In this document: positions 59,181 through 64,000 of the stretch, one piece after another
Position numbering within the stretch: position 1 is the stretch's first letter
How the letters are laid out: each line of letters opens with the position of its first letter
Origin: Candidatus Nezhaarchaeales archaeon
GTDB taxonomy: Archaea; Thermoproteota; Methanomethylicia; Nezhaarchaeales; WYZ-LMO8
NCBI GenBank assembly: GCA_038887515.1
Contig: JAWAKK010000002.1
Span: 64,001 to 128,000 of the forward strand
Direction: 5' to 3'
Length of the DNA stretch: 64,000 nucleotides
Program-made: the position numbers and the translations under genes
Notes under the pieces: generated by a model
The model's database searches: none
What the model saw: the letters and a program-made list of their open reading frames with translations, nothing else
What the model was told of the DNA's origin: nothing

Positions 59181-62100
59181 ATGGAATTGAAATACTATGA
59201 TCCGCTCAAGATCGAGCAGTATGTTAGGGATTATTGGAGTAGAAATAACATAGCAAATAAGTGCTTCAGTCTTAGAAGGGGAGGAAAGCTATTTAGCTTC
59301 CTAGAGGGGCCCCCTACGACTAATGGTTTTATGCATGTTGGTCATGCTAGGGGTAGAACCCTCAAGGACGTTATAATTAAGTTTAAGCTTATGCAGGGAT
59401 TTGACGTTTGGCGCCGCGCTGGTTGGGATACGCAAGGCCTACCCGTTGAGCTTGAAGCTGAGAAAAGCTTAGGTTTAAAGTCGAAGAAGGAGATAGAGAC
59501 CATAGGATACGAAAGGTTTGTAGAAGAATGTAATAGGCTTGTAGATTTTTACTTGAGCCATTGGAGGAAAGCTTCTGAGCTATTAGGGCTATGGCTAGAC
59601 TATGACAATGCTTATGAGACGAGGAAGAAGGAGTACATAGAGTTCATATGGTGGGCTCTAAAGCAAGCCTACGATAAAGGGTTATTAGTTGAGGACCTTA
59701 AGGTGATAGCGTTTTGCCCTCGCTGTGAAACTCCTCTATCCGATCAAGAGGTTGCTTTAGGCTACATGAGCATAGATGATCCCTCAATTTATGTCAAAAT
59801 ACCATTATCGGCTCAAGGCTCTACCTACATAATTATCTGGACGACGACTCCTTGGACTTTACCTGCAAACGAGGCCGTGTGTTTACATCCTGACGAACAT
59901 TACGTCGAGGTCGAAGTACAAGGCGAAAAGTGGATATTAGCTGAAAAGCTTGTAGAGAAAGTTATGAGTGAAGTAAAAGTAGCAAACTACAAAGTTCTTA
60001 GAAGATTCCTCGGATCAGAGATCGAAGGCGTGAAATACGTTCATCCACTGCTAGACGAAGTTCCCGAACATAAGTGTCACGAGAGTTCCCACATAGTAAC
60101 GTGCGACCAAAGAGTAAGTATGGAGGAGGGGAGCGGTTGCGTTCACATAGCTCCTGCACATGGACCCGAAGACTTTGAGATAGGCAGGAAATACTCTTTG
60201 CCGGTATTCTGCCCAGTCGACCTCAATGGTGGTTATACTGATAAGGCTGGAAAGTACAGGGGACTATACGTAAGAGAAGCGAACAAATTAATAATTGACG
60301 ATCTAAAAAGAAGGGGGCTGTTGGTATACGAAGGAATTATAACTCATGAGTACCCTCATTGTTGGAGATGCAATACTCCTTTAATTTACAGAGCCGACAA
60401 GCAGTGGTTTTTACGGATAGAGCCTGTAAAGGAGGTAATTCTGGAAGAAAACAAGAAAGTAAAGTGGGTTCCTCAGTGGGCTGGAGAAGCTAGATTTCAC
60501 AACTGGATAGTTAATGCGAGGGACTGGTGTATCTCACGTCTAAGAGTATGGGGCTCTCCATTAAATATTTGGACGTGTACTAAATGTGCTAATAGAGTTT
60601 GCGTAGGTTCTATTGAAGAGCTCAAAAGCTTGGCCGTGACGGTAGTAGAGGATCTAGAATTACACAGACCGTGGATCGACGCTGTAAAGCTTAGATGTCC
60701 AAAATGCGGTGGAGATATGGTAAGAGAGCCACACGTCTTAGATTGCTGGCTTGACTCGGGCTTAGCGCATGCAGCTAGCGTCAATTACTTAAAAGATAAA
60801 TCTATATTTCAGGTTGTTTTCCCCTACGATTTTATAACTGAAGCTGTAGACCAGACGAGAGGATGGTTCTTTTCTTTGATATTCACGAGTGTAATGCTTT
60901 TCAATAAATCGCCCTATAAGAGCGTGCTATGTCAAGGACACGTACTCGACAAGCTAGGCCAGAAAATGTCGAAGAGCAAAGGCAACGTTGTTTGGGCCCT
61001 TGACGTTATGGAAAGAGAGGGGACGGATCCTCTACGTCTCTACTTAGTCATGAAGTCCGCTCCTTGGGATTCATTGAACTTCGATATTGAAGAGCTAAGA
61101 ACTGTTAAGCGCCTCTTAAATACGATATTCAATGTATTTAAGTTTGCAAGTACGTACATGGAGTTAGATAAGTTTAACTATGGAAAGAATCCGATAGACA
61201 ACTTCGTCGATAAATTAAAACCAGAAGACCAATGGATCCTTTCAAGGATTCAAACGACTATTGAAAACGTCACATCAAATATTGAAGCTTTTAACGTACA
61301 TGAAGCCTCAAAAGCCGTCGTAAACTTTATGATAGAAGATTTAAGTCATGGTTATATAAGGTTCATAAGAAGGAGGGTTTGGCTGGAAGAGGAGAATATC
61401 GAAAAACTGATGACGTACAGCGTTTTGTACTACGTCCTTGATAAGGCTCTAAGGTTATTGGCGCCCTTCACCCCTCATATAGCAGAATGGCTGTATCAAG
61501 TCTTTTTAAGGAAGTTCGGCGATTGGAAGGAAGAAAGCATATTTATGCTTGAGTGGCCGCATGCGGAACCTCGATTTATTAATAGAGAGCTTGAGGAGGG
61601 AGGAGAACAACTCATAAGCACCTTGACCCTTGTCGCTAGTGCAAGGCAAAAAGCTAGACTTAAGAGTAGGTGGCCAGTATCTGGAGTAGTCGTAGTATTA
61701 TTTAATGAAGACTTATCTAAGAAGCTCGAAAACTTCTTAAACCTACTCCGTGAACAGGCCAATGCGCGAAGCGTGGCCATAACTAGTAACATACCCGCTG
61801 ATTTAAAGTTGAAAGTAAAGATTCAAGAAGGAAAGGTTAAGAAATTTGGAGAAAAGGTTAAGAGTTTAAATGAGTTCTTGGAGAATGTTGAAGCTGGAAG
61901 GCTCATACGAGAGTTGTGCGTCTACGGTAAGACGTGTATCAATTTAAGCGGTGAAGAAGTTTTCTTGGAAAGTGAAGACGTGGAAGTCGTAAGCGCCGAA
62001 GACGGAGCTAAGTGGGTCTTCGTTTTAGGGAAACATATGGTTGTTTGCTTAAATACTACTCGAGATAAAGAGTTAGAAGCTGAAGCTATTACTAGGGAAA

Positions 62101-62363
62101 TAGTCCGCAGAGTACAATACATGCGTAAAGAACTTGACCTGAAAATCGAGGATTACATAGACTTAATTCTTGAAGCTGAAGAGGGATCGCTAGACATCTT
62201 AGATTTAAAGAACATCAGTTACTTAAAGAGCGAAGTTAGGGCGAAGGAGTTTAAGATAATCACTAGTGGAGTAGCCATAAATAGGGGAAAGGGATGGCAT
62301 ACCAAGGAGTGGGACATTGACGGTTTAAAAGTCACCATACACTTACGAAGGACAGAAGGTTAA
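59181..62363 (+). CDS. ileS: Isoleucyl-tRNA synthetase (archaeal/eukaryotic type)
   Basis: GPP, HVGH, GWD..GLPVE, WTTTPWTLP, DQTRGWF, KMSKS. Confidence 0.98.
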   Translation: MELKYYDPLKIEQYVRDYWSRNNIANKCFSLRRGGKLFSFLEGPPTTNGFMHVGHARGRTLKDVIIKFKLMQGFDVWRRAGWDTQGLPVELEAEKSLGLKSKKEIETIGYERFVEECNRLVDFYLSHWRKASELLGLWLDYDNAYETRKKEYIEFIWWALKQAYDKGLLVEDLKVIAFCPRCETPLSDQEVALGYMSIDDPSIYVKIPLSAQGSTYIIIWTTTPWTLPANEAVCLHPDEHYVEVEVQGEKWILAEKLVEKVMSEVKVANYKVLRRFLGSEIEGVKYVHPLLDEVPEHKCHESSHIVTCDQRVSMEEGSGCVHIAPAHGPEDFEIGRKYSLPVFCPVDLNGGYTDKAGKYRGLYVREANKLIIDDLKRRGLLVYEGIITHEYPHCWRCNTPLIYRADKQWFLRIEPVKEVILEENKKVKWVPQWAGEARFHNWIVNARDWCISRLRVWGSPLNIWTCTKCANRVCVGSIEELKSLAVTVVEDLELHRPWIDAVKLRCPKCGGDMVREPHVLDCWLDSGLAHAASVNYLKDKSIFQVVFPYDFITEAVDQTRGWFFSLIFTSVMLFNKSPYKSVLCQGHVLDKLGQKMSKSKGNVVWALDVMEREGTDPLRLYLVMKSAPWDSLNFDIEELRTVKRLLNTIFNVFKFASTYMELDKFNYGKNPIDNFVDKLKPEDQWILSRIQTTIENVTSNIEAFNVHEASKAVVNFMIEDLSHGYIRFIRRRVWLEEENIEKLMTYSVLYYVLDKALRLLAPFTPHIAEWLYQVFLRKFGDWKEESIFMLEWPHAEPRFINRELEEGGEQLISTLTLVASARQKARLKSRWPVSGVVVVLFNEDLSKKLENFLNLLREQANARSVAITSNIPADLKLKVKIQEGKVKKFGEKVKSLNEFLENVEAGRLIRELCVYGKTCINLSGEEVFLESEDVEVVSAEDGAKWVFVLGKHMVVCLNTTRDKELEAEAITREIVRRVQYMRKELDLKIEDYIDLILEAEEGSLDILDLKNISYLKSEVRAKEFKIITSGVAINRGKGWHTKEWDIDGLKVTIHLRRTEG

Positions 62364-62405
62364 AGTAAAAGTTTTTAGTTAAGCGAGGGACTTGAAGTAT
62401 TTTGA

Positions 62406-62490
62406 GCCGGGATGGCCGAGTGGACCAAGGCGCCAGCCTTGAGAGCTGGTGTCCCCATGGGACGCGCGGGTTCGAATCCCGCTCCCGGCG
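62406..62490 (+). tRNA. tRNA-Ser(TGA)
   Basis: Acceptor stem GCCGGGA/TCCCGGC, anticodon arm CCAGC-CTTGAGA-GCTGG, long variable arm, GGGTTCGAATCCC, discriminator G; no intron and CCA not encoded. Confidence 0.97.
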
Positions 62491-62534
62491 CTATAATAAA
62501 GCAATCCCGATAATCACTTAATGGTGGCCCTATA

Positions 62535-62960
62535 ATGAGTATAAGGTTCTTGGATCATCCTTCAGACGTGTACGTTGAAGTAAGGACCAAGAGTTTAAAA
62601 GATGCTTTAGCTCTTTGCGGAGTAGCAGTTTACGAAATAATGACCGATATAAATCGTGTAGGTAGAGTAGAGAAGGTAGAGGTAGCTGTTGAAGGATTTG
62701 ACCTTTATTCTTTACTTTATAATTGGCTAGAAGAGCTCATTTACCTCTTCGATGCAAGAGGGTTCCTAGGATCTGAAGTACACATTGAAGAGTTAATCGA
62801 AACAGAGGCAGGGTTTAAGCTTAAAGCTACCATTATTGGTGAAAGATACGATCCGCAACGTCACGAGTCTAAGACCGCCATAAAGGCTGCCACTTACCAC
62901 TTGATGGAAATAAGGAGGGAGGGGGAAGAGTACGTTCTAAGATTTGTCTTAGACATATAA
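62535..62960 (+). CDS. Archease
   Basis: F.DH.SD, L..WL.EL, G.....RH.....KA.TYH, DI C-terminus. Confidence 0.94.
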   Translation: MSIRFLDHPSDVYVEVRTKSLKDALALCGVAVYEIMTDINRVGRVEKVEVAVEGFDLYSLLYNWLEELIYLFDARGFLGSEVHIEELIETEAGFKLKATIIGERYDPQRHESKTAIKAATYHLMEIRREGEEYVLRFVLDI

Positions 62961-63016
62961 CTTAATACACATAGCTTAATGAACGTATAATCCATGCAGT
63001 AATTTGCCTGAACCTC

Positions 63017-63745
63017 CTACTTCGACTTAATGTACATCTCCCTTTTCCTTAAGAATTCTACTATATTGCTGAATGGTTTAGCCGGGACGCCTTTAACTGC
63101 AACGCCCCTAGGGACGTCTCTTGTCACTACGCTTCCTGCTGCAATAAATGACTCCTCTCCCACTTCTACTCCTGCAACAATTATGGCGTTAGCGGCTATT
63201 ATTGCCCCCCTACCTATCTTTGTTGAAACTATTCTTCTACTAGGAGGATACTTATCATTAGTTATGACTACCTTAGGACCTAGAAAAACGTCGTCGCATA
63301 TTATGGTACCCCTAGGTATAAAGACGCCTGATTGTATGTTAACTCTTTTACCTATGCGAGTCTCCCCTTCTATAATTGTATAAGAGCCTACACTCGAATG
63401 GTCGCCTACCTCAGTGTCTTCGCGAACAAGTACGTTATGCCCAAAGTGCACCTCGTCGCCTACCTTAACTCGTTCATAAACTACGCAGCCGCTACGTAAA
63501 ATACATCTTTCCCCCACTATACAGCCTTTACTTACCTCGTCAAAAGCGGAGTCGATGCTCCGCCCTTGTATACTTGACTCTAATAACTTAGCTAGGCTCT
63601 GGCGTGTAGGATACCCCAGTATAACCATGTCGTCAATGATCGTATCTTTGCCTACGAAAGTACTTCCATAAACCTTTATCAGGGATCCGAGGATACAAGC
63701 GTTTACCAAGGCTCTACTGGAAATATACCGCAACAAGGTTACCAC
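63017..63745 (-). CDS. Hexapeptide-repeat (LbH) acyltransferase
   Basis: Repeated [IV]G hexapeptides, F.GP....TND.YP, AGSVVTRDVP, G.PA. Confidence 0.9.
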   Translation of the reverse strand: MVTLLRYISSRALVNACILGSLIKVYGSTFVGKDTIIDDMVILGYPTRQSLAKLLESSIQGRSIDSAFDEVSKGCIVGERCILRSGCVVYERVKVGDEVHFGHNVLVREDTEVGDHSSVGSYTIIEGETRIGKRVNIQSGVFIPRGTIICDDVFLGPKVVITNDKYPPSRRIVSTKIGRGAIIAANAIIVAGVEVGEESFIAAGSVVTRDVPRGVAVKGVPAKPFSNIVEFLRKREMYIKSK

Positions 63746-63755
63746 CTAATTTGAG

Positions 63756-63816
63756 GGCCTCAGGTCATGAATGGTCTTTCACGGTAATTCAACACTCGGC
63801 AAGCTCTTCATCGGCC
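63756..63816 (-). ncRNA. Box C/D sRNA with two 23S-complementary guides
   Basis: ggcCGATGA-agagcttgccgagtg-TTGA-attacc-GTGAAAG-accattcatgac-CTGA-ggcc; guides match ACTCGGCAA and CATGAATGG. Confidence 0.75.
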
Positions 63817-63869
63817 AGTTAGACTTGTGTAGGAGGGACTTATATCTCTTTAGTAAAGGTGTATATGTA

Positions 63870-64000
63870 GTGAGGCTCGTAGTTGCATTACCATCAACTG
63901 TAGTCGCTGAGGCCAATTCTCTATTAGAAAAGACCGTTAAAATAGGGTTTATGGCTCGGGCCCTCTCTATATTTAAAGTCAAGGAGTTACTAATTTATCG
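63870..64000 (+). CDS. DUF171/SPOUT-class RNA methyltransferase (N-terminal part, runs off window edge)
   Basis: Manual translation from GTG: MRLVVALPSTVVAEANSLLEKTVKIGFMARALSIFKVKELLIY; 'P.S......L..KT.K.G..ARA..IF.V..I.IY' motif; SD AAGGTG. Confidence 0.8.
   Translation, partial: MRLVVALPSTVVAEANSLLEKTVKIGFMARALSIFKVKELLIY

Noticed and set aside
191-63982. Numerous antisense ORFs in the six-frame track (for example 191-628, 11932-12477, 21423-21908, 63779-63982)
   Set aside because: These are Ser/Thr/Pro-rich shadow frames opposite well-supported genes.

Overview
This window is chromosomal DNA from an archaeon. A TACK/Thermoproteota-like affiliation is inferred from the single-OB-fold SSB, the gene order, and sRNA guides that match crenarchaeal-type rRNA. 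It is gene-dense and about 85% housekeeping: TBP, thermosome, RNAP subunits K/F/L, TFS, PCNA-priL-priS-GINS-L44e-S27e-aIF2a-Nop10, RNase P proteins, SRP54/Pus10, class III ribonucleotide reductase, pgk-gap, ppsA, AglB, IleRS and tRNA-Ser(TGA). The first ~11 kb is more accessory (ABC-2 exporter, DUF432-MscS, ROK kinase, CoA-disulfide reductase-like protein). I found no CRISPR array, transposase, integrase or intein. I cannot support a large novel multi-gene system here; the interesting signals are small and missing from the ORF track. They are a 49-aa C2H2 zinc-finger gene, a 29-aa single-TM gene, four strong and one weaker box C/D guide sRNAs, a TFS gene with no canonical in-frame start, a locally inverted rpl21e with a palindromic promoter region, a structured leader or operator before the ABC operon, a 24-bp promoter duplication and a tRNA 3'-end remnant. 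Product calls come from recalled motifs and synteny, not database searches. rRNA targets and E. coli numbering are from memory of conserved rRNA sequence.
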